This document shows positions 17,192 to 24,568 of a stretch of 27,019 nt of DNA, one piece after another. The position numbers and the translations under genes were made by a program. Source of the stretch: Agathobaculum sp. GTDB lineage: Bacteria; Bacillota; Clostridia; Oscillospirales; Butyricicoccaceae. The notes below the pieces were generated by a model, which saw only the letters and a program-made list of their open reading frames with translations, did not search any database and was not told where the DNA came from. The number at the start of each line of letters is the position of its first letter. Position 1 is the stretch's first letter. The stretch spans positions 1 to 27,019 of the forward strand of contig NZ_JBMNUP010000011.1 of NCBI RefSeq assembly GCF_050946325.1, given 5' to 3'.

Positions 17192-18565
17192 TTAATACGC
17201 CTTTTCCACTGCCGCGGTCAGCACGCGCGAGGCCACCGTGCCCGCAACCGACGAGCCGCCGCCGCCGTTTTCCACCAATACGATAAAGGCGTAAGGCGTG
17301 GCACTGTCCCGCAGGAAGCCGGTGAACCATGCGTTCGGGGTCTTGTCCGGTCCGACCTCGGCCGTACCCGATTTGGCGCAGATGTCCATGCCGGGGAAGC
17401 GGTCCTGTCCGTAGGTTTCGATGACGTTGTTGTGCATCATGTCCGCAATGGTGCGGGCGGTCGTGCCGTCGATCAGCTCGCCCGATTTGCGCGGCATGTA
17501 TATGCCGGTCGGCAGGCCGTAAGCCGTGGTGGATTTGGCAATAAGACGCGGCATGGCGGCCTTGCCGCCGTTTACAATCGCGCCCATATACAGCATCATG
17601 TTGATGGGGCACATGGTATCCTGTCCCTGGCCGACGCCCGACCAGGCAAGCTGGTTGTCGCTGCCGGTAAAATCAAACCGTCCCTGCGAGGTGCTGATGC
17701 CGTCCACCTTGATGGATCTGGTCAGCCCTGCGGCGTCGGTGTATTGCTGCATGGTGTCCCCGCCCAGCTCAACCGCGAGCCGGCCGAACACGCCGTTGCA
17801 CGAAACCGCCAGCGCGTCCTCAATATCCAGTTCGCCGTGGGCGTAGGGGCAGGTCACGGCGTCGCCGCCGATCTCCGTCGAGCCGGTGCAGTTCCAGGTG
17901 CGCGAAAACAGATCAGGAATATTTTCAATTGCGGCGTTGAGGGTGACAACCTTGAAAATCGAGCCGGGGATGGAGTTGGCGGACAGCAGACGGTTGACAT
18001 ACACGCCCTCCCACGAAGGGTCGTCCGGATCGATGGACGGGGGATCGGCGGGGTCAAACGTCGGCGTGGAGACCATGCAGAGGATTTCGCCCGTCTTGTA
18101 ATTGTATACGCCTACCGTGCCGCGCATGCCGCCGAGCGCCTGATAGGCGATGTTGTTGAGATAAGCGTCGATGGTCAGGTAAAGCTGGTTGCCCGTGCCC
18201 AGCGGGGAATACACGCCGGTCAGCAGGTTGTAGCCGGAAAGCTTGTCGGCAAAGGCGGTCAGTGCGCCCGCGCCGATGTTGCCCGCCGGATCGCCGACCG
18301 CGTGCAGGGTCGCCCGGCGAACGTCGCCGTCCGGATAGTAGGTGCGGTTGCCGTTTTCATCGAGCGAGGAGAGCACGTCGCCGTCCCGGTCGAGGATGGT
18401 GCCGCCCTTGAGCGCGCCGCTGTTCGAATACAGGTGGCGGTTATAGGGATAGGAGGCCCAGTCGCCGCCGTCCACCACAAAGCGGAAGCAGAACAGCGCC
18501 AGACCAAGGCCGAGCAGCGCGGCCAGAATCAGGCAGAACACGCCGCGTTTTTCAATTTTCCGCAT
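17192..18565 (-). CDS. class B penicillin-binding protein (transpeptidase)
   Basis: 457 aa. N-terminal TM anchor, SIFK (SxxK), SCN (SxN), KSGTAE (KS/TG) motifs. The ATG directly follows the upstream gene's TAA, with GGGGAGGTGG as RBS. Confidence 0.9.
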   Translation of the reverse strand: MRKIEKRGVFCLILAALLGLGLALFCFRFVVDGGDWASYPYNRHLYSNSGALKGGTILDRDGDVLSSLDENGNRTYYPDGDVRRATLHAVGDPAGNIGAGALTAFADKLSGYNLLTGVYSPLGTGNQLYLTIDAYLNNIAYQALGGMRGTVGVYNYKTGEILCMVSTPTFDPADPPSIDPDDPSWEGVYVNRLLSANSIPGSIFKVVTLNAAIENIPDLFSRTWNCTGSTEIGGDAVTCPYAHGELDIEDALAVSCNGVFGRLAVELGGDTMQQYTDAAGLTRSIKVDGISTSQGRFDFTGSDNQLAWSGVGQGQDTMCPINMMLYMGAIVNGGKAAMPRLIAKSTTAYGLPTGIYMPRKSGELIDGTTARTIADMMHNNVIETYGQDRFPGMDICAKSGTAEVGPDKTPNAWFTGFLRDSATPYAFIVLVENGGGGSSVAGTVASRVLTAAVEKAY

Positions 18566-20317
18566 TTATTCCACCTCCCCGCGCAGCTCACGCCTCGAAG
18601 GCAGCCGGACGGCAAACGAAGCGTTCTGCCGCGTATCCGTCGCCTTGAGGAAGGCCAGCATGCCCCAGGCCGACAGCATGGACGAGCCGCCGTTGGATAC
18701 AAACGGCAGGGTAACGCCCGTAAACGGCAGGATATCGACCGCGCCGAATACGTTAAGGCAGGTCTGGAACACCAGAAGGCTCGTCGCAGCGCAGGCCGCA
18801 ATGGTGTAAAAGCTTGACCGTCCCGCGCGGCACGCCCGCACGGCGAACACGGCCAGCGTGATGATGCACAGAATGGTGAGCACCGCGATGATCAGGCCCC
18901 ATTCCTCGCACAGCATGCCGAATACGATATCGGTATCCGCTGCCGGCAGGCCGGAAAGCCAGCCCTTGCCCGCGCCCACGCCGATCATGCCGCCCGAAGC
19001 GGCGGCGGTCAGCGTGTGGGTCTGCTGGAAGCCGGTGTCGTACACATCCTCCCACACATGGCCCCACGAGGCAAAGCGCGCGGCAACGTGCGGCTTGACC
19101 GTCAGCATGACCATGCCGCCGCCGAAGCAGCCCGCGCAGATCAGGCCGAGGGTGGCAAAATCACCCGAACGCAGATAGGCGATGACGAGGAAGGTGACGA
19201 AAAACACCAGTGCGGTGCCAAAGTCGTTTTGTAATGCCAGACAGCCGCCGCAGATGCCGGTCAGGCCGATAAACATCCACAGGTTGCGCTTGTTGAACAG
19301 GCGGTCAAGCGTGGCCGCGCCCGCGAAGATATAGCAGATCTTGGCGATCTCCGAGGTTTGCAGCGACAGCGGGCCGAGCCGCAGCCAGGCCTTGGCGCCG
19401 CCTTCCGACGAGCCGATCAGCAGCGTGATGGCAAGCAGGCCGACTGCCGCCGCCCCCATGAACCAGCGCACCTTCTGCGCGCGCCTCAGGTCGCGCAGGA
19501 AAAAGCCGAGGAGGAGGAAGAGCGCCAGTCCCATCAAAATGGCAACCAGCTGCTTGGGCATTTCATGCGGTACGGTCGAGCCGGTCACGGCAAGCGACAG
19601 CGTACACAGGAAAAACGCGATGGTCTCCATCTCAAAACCGATGCGGCGGAACGAGCGCATCACAATAAAGTAGCCCCAGCAGACCAGGGTCAGCACCAGA
19701 TAGGTCAGCGGGATGGTGACGGTGGCTTCCGGCCCCGCCGCCACGATGAGCTGCAGCGCGGTCAGCACCTGAAACAGCGTCAGCAGAACAAGCGAACCCC
19801 ACATACCTGCGGGACGGCCTTCCATGCGGCGCTCCGCCATCTGGCGGCGCTTTTCCTCGGCCGAGATGGGCACCAGCATGGTCGGGATGCCGCCGAAGGC
19901 GACGGTGTCGCCGTCCTCCACCACGGCATATTCGTCCACAGGCAGGTCGTTTACGGTCACGCCGCCCTTGGAGCCGAGATCGTATACCGTCCACGAGCCG
20001 TCATCCTCGCGGATGAGCGCCGCGTGCTGGCGGGATACCGAAGGATATTCAAGCTGCACATCGCAGGACGGCGCGCGGCCGATGATATTTTCCCAGTGGG
20101 TCAGCGGCAGGCGCACGCCGTTTGCCATGCCCAGATAGCCCCAGACCTCGTCCGGGTGTTTGACCTTCCACAGCGAGCGGATCGCGCCGACCAGAATCAT
20201 CAGCGCCAGCACGGGGAAAATGAACCGCACAACCGTGGTGTACCAGGCGCCCACCAGCGGATTTTCCGCAAGGAATGCGGTCACCGTATCGAGCAGGCGC
20301 TGTAAAGCGTCGATCAT
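18566..20317 (-). CDS. FHA domain fused to a SEDS (RodA/FtsW/SpoVE) peptidoglycan polymerase
   Basis: Start moved to the ATG at 20315-20317 (GGGAGGA RBS 6 nt upstream), giving 583 aa. N-terminal TM, FHA core GRAPSCDVQLEYPSVSRQHAALIREDDGSWTVYDLGSKGGVTVN, then a roughly 10-TM SEDS body ending with PFVSNGGSSML. Confidence 0.9.
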   Translation of the reverse strand: MIDALQRLLDTVTAFLAENPLVGAWYTTVVRFIFPVLALMILVGAIRSLWKVKHPDEVWGYLGMANGVRLPLTHWENIIGRAPSCDVQLEYPSVSRQHAALIREDDGSWTVYDLGSKGGVTVNDLPVDEYAVVEDGDTVAFGGIPTMLVPISAEEKRRQMAERRMEGRPAGMWGSLVLLTLFQVLTALQLIVAAGPEATVTIPLTYLVLTLVCWGYFIVMRSFRRIGFEMETIAFFLCTLSLAVTGSTVPHEMPKQLVAILMGLALFLLLGFFLRDLRRAQKVRWFMGAAAVGLLAITLLIGSSEGGAKAWLRLGPLSLQTSEIAKICYIFAGAATLDRLFNKRNLWMFIGLTGICGGCLALQNDFGTALVFFVTFLVIAYLRSGDFATLGLICAGCFGGGMVMLTVKPHVAARFASWGHVWEDVYDTGFQQTHTLTAAASGGMIGVGAGKGWLSGLPAADTDIVFGMLCEEWGLIIAVLTILCIITLAVFAVRACRAGRSSFYTIAACAATSLLVFQTCLNVFGAVDILPFTGVTLPFVSNGGSSMLSAWGMLAFLKATDTRQNASFAVRLPSRRELRGEVE

Positions 20318-20388
20318 TTGTTTTCCTCCCTTCCGGAGAACCGAATCGAAAATGTACGATACAGACACAGTTTGTCTATAACCTTTAT

Positions 20389-20397
20389 ATTATAGCA
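20389..20397 (-). promoter_or_regulatory. candidate extended -10 element for the FHA-SEDS/PBP operon
   Basis: The minus strand reads TGCTATAAT. No convincing -35 at 17 nt. Confidence 0.3.
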
Positions 20398-20527
20398 TAT
20401 TTGTCAAGCCATAAAGCAGTTTTGGTATGGAAATGGAAAAATGGAGCGCAGCGGCGCGCCTGTCCTCCCTTTTTCCCTTTTTGGGCAAAAACAGGCGAAA
20501 AACCGCCCCATCTTTCCCGCGCAGGGC

Positions 20528-20556
20528 TTGACAGAATACAAAACCGATGGTACACT
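20528..20556 (+). promoter_or_regulatory. sigma-A promoter of the glycine-riboswitch leader
   Basis: TTGACA (20528-20533), 17 nt, TACACT (20551-20556) with TG one nt upstream of the -10. Confidence 0.6.
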
Positions 20557-20589
20557 GAATTCCTAAGATCATATCAGCGACAAACGAAG

Positions 20590-20770
20590 TTTGCAGGAAA
20601 AAGCCGCAAGGCTTGCCGAAGGAGCAAAACTCTCAGGCGTCCGGTTTGCCGGATGAGGACTGTAAATGGATGTGGCTCTGGAGAAGTCCTTCTCTTATGG
20701 AGGATGCCGAAGGTGCAAGACGCGGCGGACAGCAACGCCGCGCGAATCTCTCAGGCAAAAGGACAGAGTG
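20590..20770 (+). promoter_or_regulatory. tandem glycine riboswitch (two aptamers)
   Basis: Aptamer 1: GCAGGA...GCCGAAGGAGCAA..CTCTCAGGC..GAGGACTG. Aptamer 2: CTCTGGAGAA...GCCGAAGGTGCAA...TCTCTCAGGCAAAAGGACAGAG. Both match the conserved glycine-aptamer cores, and the downstream gene is an alanine/glycine symporter. Confidence 0.85.
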
Positions 20771-20832
20771 ACGGAAAACGGCGGCAGTCGGGCGGCAAGC
20801 GCCCGTTTATCTGCTGTGCTGCTTTTTTCAGG

Positions 20833-20871
20833 GCCAAATCGCGCGGAATACGCGCAGGTTTGGCTTTTTTT
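20833..20871 (+). terminator. riboswitch expression-platform terminator
   Basis: GCCAAAtcGCGCG gaata CGCGCaggTTTGGC followed by T7. A weaker hairpin (CGGGCG/CGCCCG, 20789-20805) and a T6 run (20823-20828) precede it. Confidence 0.6.
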
Positions 20872-20907
20872 GTTTGCCGCAAAACAGAAAAAAGGGGAAT
20901 GTAACAA

Positions 20908-22281
20908 ATGTCAATGGATCAACTGGCTGCTGTGGTAGACAAAATCAGCGGCATCGTGTGGAACAGCATTCTGCTGTATTTGCTGGTCGGCACGGGCATC
21001 ATTTTCACCATCCGCACACGGTTTGTGCAGGTGCGCAAGTTTGGTGAGGGCTGGCGCCGCCTGTTCGGCAACTTCTCGCTCAAGGGCGATAAGGCCGGCA
21101 AGGAGGGCATGAGCTCTTTCCAGGCACTGACCACCGCGATCGCCGCGCAGGTCGGCACGGGCAACATCACCGGCTGCGCAACCGCGCTGTACTCCGGCGG
21201 CCCGGGCGCGATTTTCTGGATGTGGCTGTCCGCATTCTTCGGCATGTCCACCATCTACGGCGAGGCCGTGCTTGCGCAGAAGTATAAAACCGTGGGCAAG
21301 GACGGTCAGGTCACCGGCGGCCCGATTTACTACATCAAGGCGCGTTTCCAGGGCAACTTCGGCAAGTTCCTGGCCGGTTTCTTCTCTCTGGCGATCATTT
21401 TTGCGCTGGGCTTTACCGGCAACATGGTGCAGGCCAACTCGATCAGCGCGGCGTTCAAGACGGCGTTCGGCGTCGACCCCCGCGTTATCGGCGTGATCTG
21501 CGCAATCATTGCGGCGTTTATTTTCATCGGCGGCGTCAGCCGTATCGCCTCCTTTACGGAGAAGGTCGTGCCTGTGATGGCGATTTTCTACATGGTTGGC
21601 TGCGTGATTATTCTGATTATCAACCATCAGATGCTGATTCCGGCCATCAAGTCCATTTTTGTGGCGGCGTTCGATCCCCGCGCGATTCTCGGCGGCGCGG
21701 TGGGCATCACCGTGCGTGAGGCCATGCGCTTTGGCGTTGCCCGCGGCCTGTTCTCCAACGAGGCCGGCATGGGCTCCACCCCGCACGCGCATGCGCTTGC
21801 CAAGGTGGAAAAGCCGCAGGATCAGGGCGTCATCGCCATGATCGGCGTGTTTGTGGATACCTTTATCGTGCTGACGCTGACCGCGCTGGTTATCCTGACC
21901 TCGGGCCAGCTGCAGGCGGGCGTGCCCGGCGCATTGCAGGGTACCGATCTGGCGCAGGCGGCGTTCAACTCCGCGTTCGGCAACTTCGGCAACATCTTTG
22001 TTGCAATCTGCATGCTGTTCTTCGCGTTCTCGACCATCATCGGCTGGTATTTCTTCGGTGAAACCAACGTCAGGGCGCTGTTCGGCAAAAAGGCGGTCAA
22101 GATTTACGCGGCAATCGTTGTGCTGTGCATCATTGCCGGCTCCGCGCTCAAGGTGCAGCTGGTGTGGAACCTGTCCGACCTGTTCAACGCGCTGATGGTA
22201 TTCCCCAACCTGATCGCGCTGCTGGCCCTTTCCGGTATTGTGGCCAAGGCGGCGCGCGGCGAGGATATCATGAAAAAGTAA
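20908..22281 (+). CDS. alanine/glycine:cation symporter (AGCS family)
   Basis: 457 aa. SSFQALTTAIAAQVGTGNITG and FSNEAGMGSTPHAHA motifs typical of sodium:alanine symporters. Confidence 0.9.
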   Translation: MSMDQLAAVVDKISGIVWNSILLYLLVGTGIIFTIRTRFVQVRKFGEGWRRLFGNFSLKGDKAGKEGMSSFQALTTAIAAQVGTGNITGCATALYSGGPGAIFWMWLSAFFGMSTIYGEAVLAQKYKTVGKDGQVTGGPIYYIKARFQGNFGKFLAGFFSLAIIFALGFTGNMVQANSISAAFKTAFGVDPRVIGVICAIIAAFIFIGGVSRIASFTEKVVPVMAIFYMVGCVIILIINHQMLIPAIKSIFVAAFDPRAILGGAVGITVREAMRFGVARGLFSNEAGMGSTPHAHALAKVEKPQDQGVIAMIGVFVDTFIVLTLTALVILTSGQLQAGVPGALQGTDLAQAAFNSAFGNFGNIFVAICMLFFAFSTIIGWYFFGETNVRALFGKKAVKIYAAIVVLCIIAGSALKVQLVWNLSDLFNALMVFPNLIALLALSGIVAKAARGEDIMKK

Positions 22282-22320
22282 GCGGAAAAGCTGCTGCGCA
22301 GGTTTTCCGGCAGATGCAAG

Positions 22321-22350
22321 CGCCCTTCCAAACGGAAGGGCGCTTTTTTA
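22321..22350 (+). terminator. intrinsic terminator after the symporter gene
   Basis: GCGCCCTTCC aaac GGAAGGGCGC followed by T6. Confidence 0.8.
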
Positions 22351-22353
22351 TCT

Positions 22354-22383
22354 TGCCGGCGGAGCAGGGCGCATGCTATACTG
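22354..22383 (+). promoter_or_regulatory. candidate promoter for the lipoprotein gene
   Basis: TTGCCG (22354-22359), 18 nt, TGcTATACT (22375-22383). Confidence 0.45.
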
Positions 22384-22409
22384 AAAAAACAGAGAAAGGT
22401 GGGAACAGC

Positions 22410-22880
22410 ATGAAAAAAACCGTCTGCGCGCTGCTGGGCGCGCTGGCCTGCTTTGCCGCGCTGACCGGCTGCGGCGGCGAAAAGGAGACCGATGTGCAGG
22501 TCTACTCGTTTTGTGGGGAAAATGAGCAGCTGAAACTTTCCAACGGCGAGATCGTGCTCAAGGAAGAAAAAGAGGTTCTGCGCGGCGGCACGCTGGAGCA
22601 GATGCCGCAGGAGCTGGGCGATGTGCGCGCGTATACGGTGGAATTTTTCCTGGAGCAAGGCGGGGAAAAGACGGTTCTGCTGTCAAACAGCGCGGAAAAT
22701 GCCTCGGGCGGCACGGTGGCGCTCAATGAGGAGATCGGCTCCATTGCGGGCGACGTGTTCCCCAATCCGCTGCCGGAGGACTGGCAGAACAGCCTCTGCT
22801 TTTCGCTGACAGCGACGGACCGGAACGGCGGACAGCACACCTGGCTGCTCGAACTGGACGTGACCGAGGTGACCGGCTGA
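22410..22880 (+). CDS. hypothetical lipoprotein
   Basis: ATG 22410 after AAAGGTGGG. MKKTVCALLGALACFAALTGC signal peptide with lipobox LTGC. 156 aa, no recognised domain. The track start at 22125 lies inside the symporter gene. Confidence 0.7.
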   Translation: MKKTVCALLGALACFAALTGCGGEKETDVQVYSFCGENEQLKLSNGEIVLKEEKEVLRGGTLEQMPQELGDVRAYTVEFFLEQGGEKTVLLSNSAENASGGTVALNEEIGSIAGDVFPNPLPEDWQNSLCFSLTATDRNGGQHTWLLELDVTEVTG

Positions 22881-22926
22881 GATGGCCGAAAAATCTTCCA
22901 TACGGAAACCGTTTCTCTCTGCAAGC

Positions 22927-22957
22927 AAAAAAAGTCAGGCGTAAAGCCTGACTTTTT
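22927..22957. terminator. bidirectional terminator between the lipoprotein (+) and zinc-ribbon (-) genes
   Basis: A7, GTCAGGC gtaaa GCCTGAC, T5. The core is nearly identical to the 17136-17167 terminator. Confidence 0.75.
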
Positions 22958-23011
22958 GCTTTGTATGGAAACGGAGTAGCGGCGCGCGGCACAAACCGCA
23001 CCTTTCAACAG

Positions 23012-24349
23012 TTACATCATGTCCATCAGCTTGTAGCAGCGGGTCTTGGTATAGCTCTGCTTGAAGCTGGCCGCGGCAAGCTGGCCTGCGAGCGGGTCGG
23101 CTTCTTCGCCGTCCTCATCGTCCTCATCGTCCTGCCCGCCGGAGGCCGAAGCCGCAGCGTTTTCCGCGCCCTTGTCGCGCTCCTGAATCCACTGCTTGTA
23201 GCTGTCCTCCTCGGCCGCATACTGGTCGGCGTTGAGTACGGTGGCAAGCTGGTCGTACATATCGCTCAAAAGCTGGTCCCACGCCTCGAACGAGGACGAA
23301 GTCAGGTCAAACGCTTCCTCCGTGGTGGAAGCGGAGGAGATTTTCTGGTCGTTCGCTTCCAGCGCGTCCATCTGGTGGCGGAAGGCTTCCTTTTTGGCCT
23401 GGTGCGCCTGCTCGTTTTCTTCCTTGCGGTCGGCGGCGGCCTGCGCTTCTTCCAGCTTTTTGCGCAGTTCGTCCACCTGCTTCTGCTGTTCGTCGGTCAG
23501 CGTGCTGTCTCCCGCAAGGGCGTCCAGCTTGCCGGCGGCGGCGTCCAGCTTCTGCTCGTCCAGATAGCCCTGCGCTTCCTGCAGGTCGGCGGCGAACTCG
23601 CTGTCCGCATGGGCGGTGTTGGCCTGCTCGATGAGCGCGTCCACCGCTTCGCCCAGCGGCGAGGTTTTATCGGCAATGCGGCCGCGCAGGTCGTTCAGCG
23701 TTGCCAGAGCGGCGGCATAGTCCCCGCTTTCCACCAGGGAAAGCGCCTGCTGATAGCTCTTGAGCTGGTCGATCTGGAGCTGGATGGCGGCGGGGTCCTT
23801 GGCTTCGCCCAGCGCGGCTTCAAAAGCGGCAAGCGCGTCTTCAAACTTGCCGCGCTCCAGATATTTTTCGGCAAGGGTCAGGTTTTCATCGGGCTGGCGG
23901 GATTTGAAGAACCAGATTCCCCCGCCGATCAGCGCGGCAATCAGCACGATGACCAGCACGATCACCGCTGCGCGCTTGCCCTGCGAGGGACGGCGGTACG
24001 GCTCGTCGCGCTCGGGTTCGGGCGCGTCAAAATAGGTGGTGCGGGGCGGGGTCTGGTATTGCCCGCCCTGCTGCCCGCGCGGGGCGGCCGGACGGACAGG
24101 GGGCATCTCGTCCGCAGGCGTCTGCGCGGGGGACGGCGCGGCCGGCTCATCGGCAGGGGCGGCGCCGTGTCCGCTGTCCCGCCGCGCGGCGTCAAAGGCG
24201 GACAGGTCGATGGGAACGTTCAAATCGTCGGGCAGGGTGGTGAAAACGGTGGTTTCGTCGTTGACGCCCGTCTGCTCGACGACTGCGCCGCAAAACGGAC
24301 AGAACTTGCCGGCAATGGGCAGCTCCTTGCCGCAGTTTTTGCAAAGCAT
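23012..24349 (-). CDS. zinc-ribbon / single-TM / coiled-coil protein with C-terminal LprI-like (DUF1311) domain
   Basis: The real start is the ATG at 24347-24349 (GAGGAGG RBS), giving 445 aa. MLCKNCGKELPIAGKFCPFCG zinc ribbon, Pro-rich spacer, TM VIVLVIVLIAALIGGGIWFF, TPR-like/coiled-coil region, then WDQLLSDMYDQL...YKQWIQERDK...TKTRCYKL, DUF1311-like. Confidence 0.8.
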   Translation of the reverse strand: MLCKNCGKELPIAGKFCPFCGAVVEQTGVNDETTVFTTLPDDLNVPIDLSAFDAARRDSGHGAAPADEPAAPSPAQTPADEMPPVRPAAPRGQQGGQYQTPPRTTYFDAPEPERDEPYRRPSQGKRAAVIVLVIVLIAALIGGGIWFFKSRQPDENLTLAEKYLERGKFEDALAAFEAALGEAKDPAAIQLQIDQLKSYQQALSLVESGDYAAALATLNDLRGRIADKTSPLGEAVDALIEQANTAHADSEFAADLQEAQGYLDEQKLDAAAGKLDALAGDSTLTDEQQKQVDELRKKLEEAQAAADRKEENEQAHQAKKEAFRHQMDALEANDQKISSASTTEEAFDLTSSSFEAWDQLLSDMYDQLATVLNADQYAAEEDSYKQWIQERDKGAENAAASASGGQDDEDDEDGEEADPLAGQLAAASFKQSYTKTRCYKLMDMM

Positions 24350-24413
24350 GGATGGTTTCCTCCTCTGAATGTACACAGATGGTACGAATATACAATATAT
24401 CAATCCAGTATTG

Positions 24414-24442
24414 AGTATAGCACAAGCAAAGCGGGTTGTAAA
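24414..24442 (-). promoter_or_regulatory. candidate promoter for the zinc-ribbon gene
   Basis: Minus strand: TTTACA (24437-24442), 17 nt, TATACT (24414-24419). Confidence 0.4.
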
Positions 24443-24502
24443 CCTTTGCGGAAGTTTGACGGGAAAGCGCGGACAATCGTTCCAAAAGCCGCCGCCTTGC
24501 GC

Positions 24503-24531
24503 TTGACAGCATGCATGCAGCCCCTTACAAT
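24503..24531 (+). promoter_or_regulatory. candidate sigma-A promoter for the SLH / L,D-transpeptidase gene
   Basis: TTGACA (24503-24508), 17 nt, TACAAT (24526-24531). AGGGGGAG RBS at 24551-24558. Confidence 0.55.
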
Positions 24532-24568
24532 AGATATGTATTACAAGAACAGGGGGAGCACAACCTTG

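Noticed and set aside
17171-18817. 548-aa + strand ORF
   Set aside because: Antisense shadow of the PBP and the SEDS 3' end. It is Arg/Gly/Ala/His/Val-rich and spans the bidirectional terminator region. The minus strand carries SxxK/SxN/KSG motifs.
19358-20305. 315-aa + strand ORF, and also 20911..21792 minus, 15696..16424 +, 15935..16546 +, 16566..17612 minus, 4554..5432 minus, 6490..7236 minus, 7705..8523 minus, 8765..9349 minus, 22104..22658 minus and 25642..26667 minus
   Set aside because: All are antisense to genes with clear family motifs. All have Arg/His/Gly/Ala-biased composition and lack RBSs.
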